Source: the human T2T-CHM13v2.0 reference genome, Homo sapiens
Reading direction: 5' to 3' (one strand)
DNA: 64,000 nt
Assembly: GCF_009914755.1 (NCBI RefSeq)
Contig: NC_060928.1
The notes beneath the pieces are model-generated. The model did not search any database. It had not been told where the DNA came from and worked only from the letters and a program-made list of their open reading frames with translations. The translations under genes and the position numbers were made by a program. This document shows positions 40,804 to 52,898 of the stretch, piece by piece. The stretch's first letter is position 1. Each line of letters begins with the position of its first letter.

Positions 40804-41289
40804 GTTTGGAAATGAGGTTGGGATGCTGACAGAAACTTGGCTTCCTGGAAGAGAAGAGTAAGGGTATTGTGAGCTGATTAATGGGATTGGAGGAAAAAGT
40901 TCATGGGAATCGATGGCAAATGTGGTAACCAAATTATAAATCAGCAGAGTGAGAAATGGTCCCCAATTTTATCACCTGCTATTGAGAATGAATTCAGAAA
41001 ACATTGCATCTCAAGCATCAGAAAGTAGGTTCAAAAGCAGTGGCCTAAACAGTGGCTTGGTTGTTAACTCTCACTGGGTGAGCAGATTCTTCCTCCACTG
41101 GGTGTCAGCCTCAAGTCTACTCCTCAAGCCTCAAGTCAATGAGATAAATGATTGAGGTTAGACCTGTAGCCCTGGAAAATTCTTACAGGTCATAACATAT
41201 AACCATCCTGGGTTAGAGGAAGGTTCTGACCTTCTTCAGACAAGAGTTACAGATATATCCATTTTAAAAACAAAAATTAGTCAAGTAAT

Positions 41290-41556
41290 TGTTTTAAATG
41301 GACAAATAAAAATTGTACATATTTTTGATAAACAACATGATCTGTTGATATATGTATACATTGTGGAAAGGCTAAGTCAAGCTAATTTACATATCCATTG
41401 CCTCACACACTTTTTTTTGGAGAGAACATTTAAAATCTGCTCTTGTAGCAATTTTCCAATATGAGGTACATTGTTATTAACTATAGTCACCATATTGCAC
41501 AATAGATCTCCTAAATTTATTTCTCCTAAGTGAAATTTTGTATCCTTTGACTAACA
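41290..41556 (-). mobile_element. L1MA-type 3' end, antisense
   Basis: aaattgtacatattt...tatgtatacattgtggaa...ttattaactatagtcaccatattgcacaatagatctc...ctttgactaaca. Confidence 0.75.
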
Positions 41557-41884
41557 CAGTGTACATTTACACTGACCACAAAGAAGAAAATATATGGCCC
41601 CTATGAGCAGAAACTGAGTAAGCGATTAGAACTTGGCTAGTTCATTTGAGAGATGAGGGCAATAGATGCATAACACTTGTTGAGGAAGAATGGCAACAGC
41701 TGGGAAGCCTTACGGCTGAGCCCTTCTTGCAGTCTTTCATGCCAACCTTGGATTCTTTCAGAGATGACAGTTAAAGGTCTCAGAGTGTTTTTCAGTAGGT
41801 CCTGGCTCCAATGGGAGTTTTGTCCCTTTTGGAGAGATTTCTCTGGAGCTGACAAACTTCCACAGGAAAGCATACATAAGGCAT

Positions 41885-42340
41885 TGTTATGTTTTCAACT
41901 GTCCCCACAGAAGTCATAGCCTCAAGTACCTTAGAGTGTGTCTTTATGTGGAATAGGGTCATGGCAAATATAATGAGGTAAGTTAAGATGAGGTCATACT
42001 AGAGCAGGGTGGGCCACTAATGCAATATACCTGGTGTCCTTATACAAAGGAGAAATTTGAACATAGAGACACACAGGAAAAACATCATGTAAAGATGAAG
42101 GCAGAGAGTCAGTGTTACGTAGATATACCCAGAAATACTAAAGATGTTCAGCAAACCTTTAGATGCTAGGTGGGAGGCATGGAACACGTTCTTTCTCAAC
42201 AGCCCCCAGAAGCAACCAATGATGGTGACACCTTGATCTTGGACTTGCAGCCTCCAGAACTAAGAAACAATAAATTTCTGTTATTTAAGTCACCCAGGCA
42301 TTATGGTTCATTATCAAGGAAACCCTAACAAACAAATACA
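41885..42340 (+). mobile_element. MaLR LTR (MLT1C-like)
   Basis: tgttatg...aagttaagatgaggtcatactagagcagggtggg...gacaccttgatcttggacttgcagcctccagaact...aataaatttctgtt...aataca. Confidence 0.8.
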
Positions 42341-44009
42341 GGCGTTGACTAATCTTTGGGCTTTTAATGCCCCTGAATTGGGTATGCAACACTGATGAAA
42401 GCGACTCACTGGAGAATGAGAGACTGACAGTGTAGATAAATTGCTGAGGTCAGACCTGTAGCCTTGGAAAACTCCTATAGCACTTGCATTTAAATTGGAC
42501 AAGAACTTAAGTATATTTGCTTGATAATGAGGCACCAAATGTCTCAGATTAAGGTGCATCCCTTTTTAAAAAATTATCCCTGTGCCAGTCAATCCCATGT
42601 CAGGTGATGGGTAGAAATCCATGCCCACAGTCGGAATACAATGCTGCTATGGCTGCTTGGTCAAGGGACCCCCAAAGCTGAAACAGATGGTGTCAGTTAT
42701 GAGGAATCTGCCACCTATTAGAGTGTTGGGCAGGTTGAATACACTGCAAGTTCATTTGGTTGAGCTGCCTCTGTGTGCTCATAACTAAAAGTAAGTGCTC
42801 CTCCCTTATTGGTGGAAAGCTACTCTCTACATCTTACACCTAACCCATCCCTCTCTCTCTACTCTGATCTCAGCTACTTTAAGGAGATAAATGATTAGAG
42901 GTGAGGTCAGGCTCTCCCTGCCTCCAAGTGGAATCAAAGGCCAAAAGCAACTGCCCAAGTATAGCTGGGGGCAGAGATTTTGGGGAGGGGAGGGAATCAT
43001 AATTTTATGCCTCTGTTGTATACTGACACCCAGGGCCCTTGTCAGAATGGGACACACAAACTTTCCATTAATAGAGTTTGGTCAGAAATTAGAGTAGGGA
43101 AAGGAGACAAGTGTGACCTTCTGTTTGTGGTCTTTTTGGCCAATACAGTGTATTATTTTTTGTCATATCCATGTCTGAATATACATTAGAAATTGAGGTG
43201 CTCACACTGCCTTATCCAGGAAGTGGTGGAAAATTCTCCTGATCAGTAACAGCAGTAAGTAGATAAATGCAAGCACCAAAGGGGCCCCACAACCCTCATG
43301 ACCTTTCTGAGATACAAGTTTCCATGTCTGATAGTCTTGGTGATTGGAGCCTCTGATAAAGGGGGTCAGCCTTCACCCAGAAGTCTTTGTTGAGGTCTGG
43401 ACTCATCACCTCCTTGACACAGCTGTTAAATCACTTTGATGTAAAGCCTTTTTGGCTTGCTACTATGCTCCTTCAAAACAAAATACCTGACCCATAAAAG
43501 TCTTGAGACTCTCCAGCCTGATATTTTCATTTTGGGTGGGTTGACTCAGACTCAATGATTAATAAGATGGAGAGGGCCTGACAATCCCTGCTTGGTAAGT
43601 GGAAATAGTATATTCAAGAATGCAGCTATCCCACTGCCAGCAGCACCTTGTCTTAACATAAAAAGTAGCTGCTATCACTCTGGGGAAACCTTTATTCATC
43701 ACTTTGCCATTTACAGCAAAGCTGCTGGCTCAATGGGACCTTCAACTCAAGATTTTTCTTGTGTGTCCGTGCCTCTTTCCCTGATGGTTCAGCTAACCTG
43801 AAACCCAACTGTGTCCTATTTTTACTTATTCTTAGGTTGTTGCTAATGTCCTAGCTGTTTGGTCTGCTATTTGGAATACTACATATTGGTAGATTGAAGG
43901 CACCCATTTTGGGGATCATGAACTCTGGAAACAAACTGCAATTGATTATGTCTGTATTATTCATGTAAATTACAATGGAAAGGACCTGTTCCGTAAGGAC
44001 ACTGGCTGG

Positions 44010-47000
44010 ATCATGCTGCCCAAGTGGTAGTACAGCTTGAACAGCAGCCTGGACCTGTTTCAGTGTCTTTTCTTGTTCTAGGCCCCACTCAAAACTAGAA
44101 GCTTTTTGGGTTGCTGGATAAATGGGCTAGAGCAACATATCCCAATACGTTGTCTGCAGAATCCAAATAGACCCACTAGGCCTTGTGCCTCTTTCTTGGT
44201 CATAGAAGGGGCCAAATGCAATAATTTATCCTTCACCTTGGAAGGAATATCTTGACACGCTCCACTCCACTGGACCCCTAGAAAGCTTACTGAGATAGAA
44301 CGGCTCTGAATTTTAGTCCAATTTATTTCCCACCCACTGATACACAAATGTCTTACCAATAAGTAGAGAGTGGTTGCTACTTTTGGCTCATTATGTTCAA
44401 TCAATATAATGTCATCAAAGTAATGGACCAGTGTAACATTTTGTGGAAGGGAAAGGTGATCAAGATTTCTGGAAACTAAATTATGACACACAGCTGGAGA
44501 GTTGATATAACCCTGAAGTGGGAGAGTGAAGGTGTATTGCTGTCCTTGCCAGCTGAAAACAAACTGCTTCTGGTGGGCCTTATAGGCAGGTATGGAGAAA
44601 AAAGTCATTTGTCAGATTAATAGCTGTATACCAGTTACCAGGAGATGTGTTAGTTTGCTCAAGCAATCAAACCACATCTGGTACAGCAGCGGAATTGAAG
44701 TAATGACCTAATTAAGCTTAAGATAATCCACTGTCATTCTACAAGAGCCGTCTGTCTTCTGCACGGGCCAAATAGGAGAGTTGAACAGGTATATGGTGAG
44801 AATCACCATCCACTGTATCTTTCTTCTTTATATTGGCACTAATTTTTCTAATCCCTCCAGGTATGTGGTATTACTTTTGGTTTAGTATTTTCCTAGGTAG
44901 AGGAAGTTCCAATGGCCTTTCTTACCAGGTCTTCATTCCATAGGTTAGGGAACCAATGTGGAGCTTCCTCCAGCTATTAATTATGTATATGCCAATTATG
45001 CATTCTGGAACTGGGGAAATAACCACGGGATGGGTTCAGTGACGAAATGGACCCATTGTGATTTAAACCTGAGCTAAACTCCATCGAACACCTGACTTCC
45101 ATTAGGACATACTCTAACTAAAGGACCACAGTGATCTTTCAAGGCTCTCAAATCAATATCAATATCTCCTTCCCCAGAAGGTCTGATGATTTCCTTTTCC
45201 CCATTGCACAACTACCCTGGTAAAAGGCTGGAGGTTCCTTCGGGGAAGAATGAGAGAAACATTACCAGTGTATGTTTTTGATGGTATACTAAGTACATCC
45301 TCAAGGGGGCCAAGCATTCCCTTCATTCAAGGGGCTCTGACTTTGTAAACTGGCTCAAATCTGGGAATTGATTGAGGCCCATGATTCTCTGTTTTTAAGA
45401 TTCAAGTTAAACTTTTGTTTGCTTAACCTGAAAATTTTTGCTTACATATGTCAGGTAAGAATTTAGTAGGCTTCCTATCTATTTCATTTATAAGAACATC
45501 ATGATTAAGTAGCCAATGTTATATATATCTACATGAGTCACACTATTCTGATGGATGCTTTGACTCTGCTCTCTATTAAGGTTACCACATCTACTTTGCT
45601 CTTGGTGGTTGAGTTCTGCCACTTGGTCCCTGTCACTCCAGATTTTATTACCCTCATTGTCTGTAGGTTTCTTAATTCAGTGACTGCAGATCCCAAAATA
45701 AGGCCTGGCCTACAGAAAAGAGAAATTACGGAGCCCTTCAAAGATGCCAGTGCTGCTCTCACAAATTTATTTCTCACAGTACTGGCGAAAGGTATGTCTT
45801 CTGGACACCACCAGTGTAAGTGAGTAGGTCTTACACGACAAATCCATTCTAACATTTCAACCTCCCTAAGCCTTTGAATCCCTTCTTCTACATTAAACCA
45901 AGGAATGTCTGACATTTCCAGTTCACTCTCTGTGGGCCATCTTGTGGTCCATGATTCAGTCAACCAACCAAAGAAACTTTTAGAGCCTTTTCTAACTCCT
46001 TAAGCTGCGACACTAAATGCAGAATCTCTGCATAGCGAGCCCATGTCAATAAATTCAGCCTGATCCAACTGTACACTGATTCTACCATCATCCCACATGC
46101 TTCATATCCATTCTCACCATATTCCCTGGATTTTTGTCTGCATAAGTTAGAAAACAAAAGTGGTTCTTTTAGAGTGTGATGCACATCCTCATGGGTCATA
46201 TGTTGTACCTCACGTTCAGAGGCCTGCTAAAACTAGAGTCTAGTTATAGGTCTAAAAGGAAAGAGGGATGGTTCGGATGGGCCCTGAGAAGAAACAGCAT
46301 TGTCTTGCATAGCAATGCTTCAGAGAGACTATTACCATTTTGTCAGGTAATGCAGGGTTAACCCCTCAGATAAGGATGGAAAGCCCAATACAACTGGGGG
46401 TGAGGATGCCACTGTCATGGAGGGCTGGGAGGCCACTTTGCCAGGGGTTAGGGAATTAGTTCCACTGGGGCTGGGGAGGCCGCTTTCAGTGGGGGTTGGA
46501 AGACTTCTTCCACTGGCAAAGAAGACTCATCAGAATTTAGGGACTCAATGTCTCCAGCTTCATCAGGATCTTTGCTCATGTCTTTATCTTTAATTTACAG
46601 AATCCCATTCTTTCCAATTGATGCCCTCACTTTAGTGTAGAAATCCTGCAAAGCTGGAAAGTCAACTTCATTGTAATTTAGCCAGTTGCAGAATGAGGTT
46701 TTGTGTTTAATTTTTAGCAGTTTCAGTCCTGTGGCTACAGGAGATAAGCGTCTTTTTCAGGGTACCCATAGAAGCTATTTGATTATTTATACGGCTGAGA
46801 ATTTGAATCCCTGAGCTCATTCTTTTTTGGTGCAACTTTTCCAATGACATTAGGACAAACCAGTCTATGTCGTTATATGCATTAGTTTTCCAGAAACTTT
46901 CAAAAATACCGTATACAAAGTCTCCCACCTCCTTACTTCTTATTAGTGGCTCACTGGAAGCATATAGTGCAGGTATTTTGCATATCTCTATTGCCAGATC

Positions 47001-47156
47001 ATGCCACTGACTATCCCTGCACTCTTTACTACTGGAAATAGAGTCCAGTATCTTTAAATCTAATCAGATTAGAGAGCCAGTTCCATAAACCTTGGAATGA
47101 ATTCAGAAAACTCATCCTTAATATGTTCCTTTAGAGGCAGTCTCAGTACCAAAATC
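44010..47156 (-). mobile_element. ERVL/HERV-L internal region (gag-pro-RT part), antisense, 3'-truncated
   Basis: Starts gattttggtac (minus strand) directly after the MLT2 LTR; gag-like ORF 45538-45963 (RWPTESELEMSDIPWFNVEEGIQRLRE); RT ORF 44078-44608. Confidence 0.88.
44078..44608 (-). pseudogene. ERVL reverse transcriptase remnant (176-aa open segment)
   Basis: FFSIP...[33 protein letters not shown]...LVHYFDDII (YxDD motif); frameshifted at both ends. Confidence 0.9.
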
Positions 47157-47973
47157 TATATTAGAGTTTTCCAAAAATATGTATTATTATGAGAAACTGG
47201 CTCAGGTAATTATGGAAGCTGAAAAGTCCCACAATCTGCTGTCTGCCGGCAAGCCAGAGTCCCAAGAAAGCTGGTGGTATAATTCAATCCAAATCTGAAG
47301 AACTGAGACTGAGGGGAGTTTATCTAAATCCCAGTCCAAGGGCAGGAAACAATGAGATGAGATGGTGATATAGTTTGGCTCTGTGTCACTACCAAAATCT
47401 CACCTTGAATTGTAATAATCCCCGCATGTCAAGGGTAGGATCAGGTGAAGATAATTAAATCATGGGGACAGATTACCTCACACTGTTCTCATGATAGTAA
47501 GTGAGTTCTCATGAGACCTAAGGGTTTTATATGGGGCTCTTCCCCCTTTGCTGAGCACTCATTCTCTCTCCTGCTGCCCTGTGAAGAGGTGCCTTCCGCC
47601 ACAGCTGTAAGTTTCCCAAGGCCTCCCTAGTCCTGTGGAACTGTGAGTCAATTAAATCTCTTTTCTTTATAAATTACCCAGTCTCAGGTATTTCTTCATA
47701 GCAACGTGAGAATGGACTAATACAGAGGGTCTAGCTCAGGCAACGAGGGAGAAAAAAAGACTGAATTCTTCTTTCCTCTGCCTTTTGTTCTATTCAGGCT
47801 TTCAAATGGATCAGGTGATCCCTACCAAGGCAGGGGAGGGCAATCACTCCACTGAGTCCATCAGTTTGATGCTAATCTCATTCAGAAACACCCTCACAAA
47901 CACACCCAGAAATAATATTTAATCTGGGCACCCTGATGCCAAGTCAAGTTGACACATAAAAGTAACCATCATA
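47157..47973 (-). mobile_element. MLT2 LTR (5' LTR of the antisense ERVL), split by THE1
   Basis: tatattagagttttcc...aactggctcaggtaattatggaagctgaaaagtcccacaatctgctgtctg...aagtcaagttgacacataaaagtaaccatca. Confidence 0.85.
47366..47724 (+). mobile_element. THE1 (C/D-like) MaLR solo LTR
   Basis: tgatatagtttggctctgtgtc...attaaatctcttttctttataaattacccagtctcagg...ggactaataca; 5-bp TSD gatgg/gaggg. Confidence 0.88.
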
Positions 47974-48126
47974 TGAAGGATAAGAGATCTTCAAGTGTCT
48001 TCAAGGAAATCCCAGCAGTAGATCATGATACCTGCATGAGACTATGAGATGTTTTCAAAGGGAAGCCATCCTTGAACTCTAGAGAAGCTTCCTTGAGGAA
48101 TAACTAATTAATCATTTATGCACAAA

Positions 48127-48583
48127 ATGCAAGCTGTTATCCCTGTGATGGGAATCACACAGTTAAAAATTTTCCCTTTTAGCTGAAGGGATTAAATATA
48201 CCACCTTGTCTGCCAAAGGCATTCAGCTAATACACAACTTGCTGGCCAGGGTCCTTATGAATGATAATAAAATCACCCTAGACTTTCCCCTTGCAGGCCA
48301 AGGTGGAGTCTGTGTAATTGCAAATACACCCTGCTGTATCTGCAATAATGCCTTTGGCTAAGTGGAAAGATCGCTAGAGAAACTTGAGGAAAAACATACC
48401 TGTTTTTCTAAGGTAGACTTGGTGGTTTAGGGATTAGTTCAGCTGGTTGAGTCCAGGACTGGATAAGATGGTGAGGCAGGGCATGACAGGTCAGTTTTGC
48501 AGGTTGGCCTCATTCTACTGCTTGAAGTCCTGTTGATAGTAACTGCAGTTAAATGCTATATAAGCCAAATTGAACAGATTTAG
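48127..48583 (+). pseudogene. Retroviral env transmembrane (TM) subunit remnant, gamma-type
   Basis: Manual translation: LAEGIKYTTLSAKGIQLIHNLLARVLMNDNKITLDFPLAGQGGVCVIANTPCCICNNAFG* (CX6CC at 48311-48337); after a frameshift, RSVLQVGLILLLEVLLIVTAVKC (hydrophobic anchor). Confidence 0.85.
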
Positions 48584-48685
48584 GCCCAGCTCTCCTGATC
48601 AGATTAATCAGAGTGCTGATGGACTGATGTATCCAAGGGAAAATTCTCCAGAAGACAAGATGGTGTAGAAACTAGGGGAGAATAC

Positions 48686-49090
48686 TGTTGGGAGGTGGTC
48701 TCTCATATTTATGCATGTCTTATGAGCAGAGGTTCTGAGTGTCTTTGTTCTGCACTAGCTTTCCTGGGGTGTTTGTACAGCAAATCGTCTTGGAAGATAG
48801 AGATAGTATTTCTTTCTGGAGCAAGGGGCAGGCACGCTTACTGTTCAGTATAAAAGATTCATGTTCCCTAAGTTCAGGGTTCCTCTCTTGTGATGTAGCC
48901 TACTGCATGGACAGGCGTTACTTGGACCTCTTTTCATCACCCTGTGGACTTGGGACTCAAGAAACTGGCTACTCTGGCTATTGCTGTTGCTGTGAGTAAT
49001 ACATTCTTTACTCACTGACCCAGAAATCTTACGGTTTTTGCCAGCATTACAAAATGCAGCAGGCTAACTTATTAACTTCCAAGTAGGATC
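48686..49090 (+). mobile_element. 3' LTR of the LTR40-like provirus (3' end degraded)
   Basis: tgttgggagg...ttggaagatagagatag...gcttactgttcagtataaaagattc...ctgacccagaa...tgccagcatt aligns with 40355-40803. Confidence 0.78.
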
Positions 49091-50758
49091 AGGTTATCAT
49101 GCTAACATTTTTAAATCATATGATTTCACAAAGAAATCGAGATCACTCATTGTATGCAGCATCACTTGTCCCACAATGTCTCTACAATGAACCGTTGTCC
49201 CTGAGTGGGAGCTGCCTCATTTGGGTGGGGTAAATATTCATGATCTACTGCATTCCCCAACGCTCACTTTTACCTCAAATCCACCCAACCTGCCTCATCA
49301 CTTTATATTACCTGCTGAGACCCATGGTCTTTGCATGCCTAGTTAGTACAGCAAACCTGCCCTATGAAAATTAATGATAAAACTAAGTGTGAATGTTCAC
49401 TGTGTAAAGTCTGTCCTGTAGAGAATCCTATGTTCTGTAATAGGGTTCTATTAAATTACTTGCCTTTGTTCATATAAATGCGATTTGATTCATGGTCATA
49501 AGAACTGTATGTGGCTGTCAGGAATACAGTTTCTATAAAGTGAAGTTCACTTTAATACCGTTCTCCCACAATGCTGATATGCGATAGCTGTATGTATTTT
49601 GTGGATGACACAGTAGTGGTGGGTTTGCATCTGAGCTGGCCCAGTGACACTGACATTAATAGCCATGGGTTGAGTCCCCAGAGAGTCTTTCAGTCAGCAG
49701 TTCAGTAATTGTGACTCCTTCTGAGCCCTCTTTCTGATGATTTTGAGAGCAGGTAGAGTCTCAGCTCATACCTTTGCCTCCTGTTCACAGAAAGAGTAAC
49801 ACTCTTGAATAGAACCTGGTTTCTTCACACAAGGGCAAGGCACAGCCCCTCACCTGTTTGGATGGATAGAGTGTGGGATAAATAATTTACTCAGCTTCTT
49901 GCCCTAAGACGGATGTTCATGGAAGCAGAGTTATCATCACAGTAAGCAATCTTCAGCCTGCAAGGTCCTGAGCTGGTACTGTGTCTTTGAAAGTAGCCTA
50001 ATCTTTCAATAAACAAACTCAAAATTTGAGTGACTCACAGGAGCAGTTCCTTTCTCACATATTATCTAAGGATGAGGGTGATGAGGGCTGAAGCTCCACC
50101 AGCCACTCATGACCTGGACCAACAGATCACTCTCATCTTCAATGTCACCTTGAGTATATATATCTACTGGGCAGTTGGAGAAGGAATCTTGGGGAGTATG
50201 TGTGGCAAATTTTTAAGTTCAGTCCTGGAGGACACACGTATTCCTTCTGTTCACATTCTCTTTCCTTGAACAAGTGACACAGCCAACCTCACTGCAAGAA
50301 AAGCTAAAAGAAGATTGGAATGATTTGCATTATCAGTACAATTCCTGCTACAAGTAATTTACTGAGAGCTAACTCAGTGTCAGGCAATGTTCTACACTTC
50401 ATGGTACACATTATTTGAGAGTTTCACATAATCATGAGACTGAAAGTTTTTGTCTAGACTAGGCCCATCTTGAAGCCTGGGAGCAATGTAATCCTGAGTT
50501 TAAGTGACAGTAAAGGAAGAATCAATGTGGCAAGCCATCTGAGCCTGCATGGGGAGAGTCTGAAGTCCCCTCTTCGTGCTCCCAAATCAAGAAAACCCTG
50601 ATAGTGCTCCATGGATTGTGTCCATCAATTACTGAGCCTGGTGAATCAGAGCTAGAATCCTTTAGCTACAGGTAAAGATGAAATACACCTGAGTTGAGAG
50701 CAATACATGCTCTACCTATTATAAACCTGAGTGGTTCCAGGTGGGAGAGGTAGAGCAA

Positions 50759-50775
50759 CCCCCCCCCCCCCCCCC
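50759..50775. repeat. Poly-C tract (C17)
   Basis: Direct reading. Confidence 0.9.
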
Positions 50776-51049
50776 GCCCACAAAAGGACATACCAAAATA
50801 AAGAGGACTTTTATCACCTGGCAAAGGCGGCAGGGAAATATCTCTTACTGACAGGTAAAAAAAAAAAAATGTGGATAGAGGGTGCCACTTCTCTTTGGCT
50901 GCAGTGTGGGATGAGAAGAGACTTCAGAGTTCCCGCCTATCTCCCATCTTTAGTTTAAGGGAGAATAAACCGAGTTCTGGACTATCAGTTCTTGCAATCT
51001 GGTTACCTCCCACCCTCCATTTCCATACCAATGGTAGCTTCTTCCCAGG

Positions 51050-51097
51050 AGGAGTTTTGCACTAAGAGCAGGAGTTTTGCACTAAGAGCAGGAGTTT
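51050..51097. repeat. Perfect 20-bp tandem duplication (AGGAGTTTTGCACTAAGAGC x2.4)
   Basis: Direct reading. Confidence 0.9.
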
Positions 51098-51289
51098 GGC
51101 CATGCAGTTGCTAAAAGAAGCTCATTACTGTCACAGCTGGAAATAATCTGTGTGTAATTTCCTTATATTTGATTCCTGCTTAGGAATCTCAGGGAGTTCC
51201 CTGCACATTGGGTGCCATTTACTTTTCAACTTTGAGATCAGGTAAGAGAAAATCAGAGTACTATGAATTAGACTTCACCTGGAAACCAG

Positions 51290-51455
51290 ACAGTGGACCT
51301 CTAAATGTGGCCCACCTGCTTGAGAGTCATTGGAGGGAGGGAGCACTTGTTAAAGTGCAGACTCCCGGAAACAACAACTTATTTATCAATTAAAACAGCA
51401 GAGTTGGGTTCCAGAGATCTGCATTTTAAAGAAATGCCCCAAGAGATATTTATCA
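51290..51455. mobile_element. hAT-Charlie MER5-like fragment
   Basis: cagtgg...cttgttaaagtgcagactccc...gatctgcattttaaagaaatgcccca. Confidence 0.5.
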
Positions 51456-52898
51456 GCATTTTCAATCCCAGGAGACTATTGCAGTACTTCCCTAAGGGTT
51501 GGGGTAACTCTATTAGTATTTGCCCACCGGATGGCAAGCTCTACTAATAGCTAACATTTCCATAACTTTGTGGATTGTTAGATAAGCATGTGAATTCATA
51601 ATTTCCTTACTTCCTGGACCATGGACATATTTAGGGAGGCAGAGAAACACCAAGCTTCCTAGAACCCCTTCTATTTTGTTTGTTCCTGTCTCCTAGGCTC
51701 AATAGGTTAGAGCGACGAGTATGCATGATTCAGGACACTGAGGTAAGAACAGAAGAGATAGATATCCCCTAAAATGCCAGACCATACACCACAGGGTTAC
51801 ATCTGGGACCAAGGAGAAAGGATCTTTATTAAGAATCTGTGCCAGGAAATAGTAGCTAAGCCAGAAGATGAATACCAGAAGATGAATGATAGAATTGGGA
51901 TCTAGAAAAGTCAATCAATTGGCTCATAGTGGTTTTACTGCATTGATACTCAAGTGTAAGCACTATGTTCAGTGTAATTTATGATAAGTAACAGTATTGA
52001 TTTTCATTCATGGGTTACAAATGAGGTGTGACTCATCTTCTCCGGATTGTTTTTCCCTGCCCCAGAGATGAACACTTCCATGTGCCCCTTCACTTCTCTT
52101 TCCCAGCCTTACGGTTTCACGGATGGCTCTTTCAATGCTCATTCTCACCTCCCAGGATGAACTGCTTCCGTCTACACATTCCTGATGTTCAAATGTAACG
52201 AAAACATGGAAAGGTTAATTCATGTTGGGAAACAGATCAAGGACTTTGATGGTAGTAGAAGGAGGTTCTCTACCTGTGAGAAGGAAGGTAGGAAAAAAAC
52301 TTTAGACCCTATAATGCACCTACCAGCACAAAAAGCAAAGATACTTTTTTAACTCCCCAAATCAAAAACGATTAAATAATGCTATCTCCTTGTAAAAAGT
52401 CACCCCAAATCGTGATACTTATGTAATATAGGAAGTACAACTAACCCAAATCAATGACATTTTGCATTCCCTTTTATGGAGGAAATGAGTAGAATTTACA
52501 AATAGTTTATGTTTCTCTCACCATCTCTTCAGTCATCTTTATGATATTGTGAGCTATCCAATATTTATGTTTCTTTTCCCTTTAAGTCAGCTATAGCTGG
52601 TTTCTGTTGCTGGTGATGCACAACTCTGGCTAATGGAGAAACCAATAATTTCCCTAATGATTAATCCTCGGGAAATGTACCTTCTTTTAAAGAAAGCTGT
52701 GGCTATCTGTGAGAGGGGAATCCTACCTTATATATAAGCAGCACCAGTATTGCCATTTTCTCAGTGAAACACAGCATGGCCAACAGTAGAATATGAGATT
52801 GACACACACAGTACTAGGATATATGTAGAAGTAGAGTGGGAGACTTTCCACTATTATTGATATTTCTGAAAGATTAACATAGAAATGTAACTTCTAGG

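Larger units (their letters stand above)
40804..48685 (+). mobile_element. HERVL40-like internal region, degraded and interrupted by nested elements
   Basis: Lies between two similar LTRs; pol/RNase H-like remnants ~43.2-44.0 kb; env TM remnant ~48.1-48.6 kb; purine-rich tract aggggagaa just before the 3' LTR. Confidence 0.7.
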
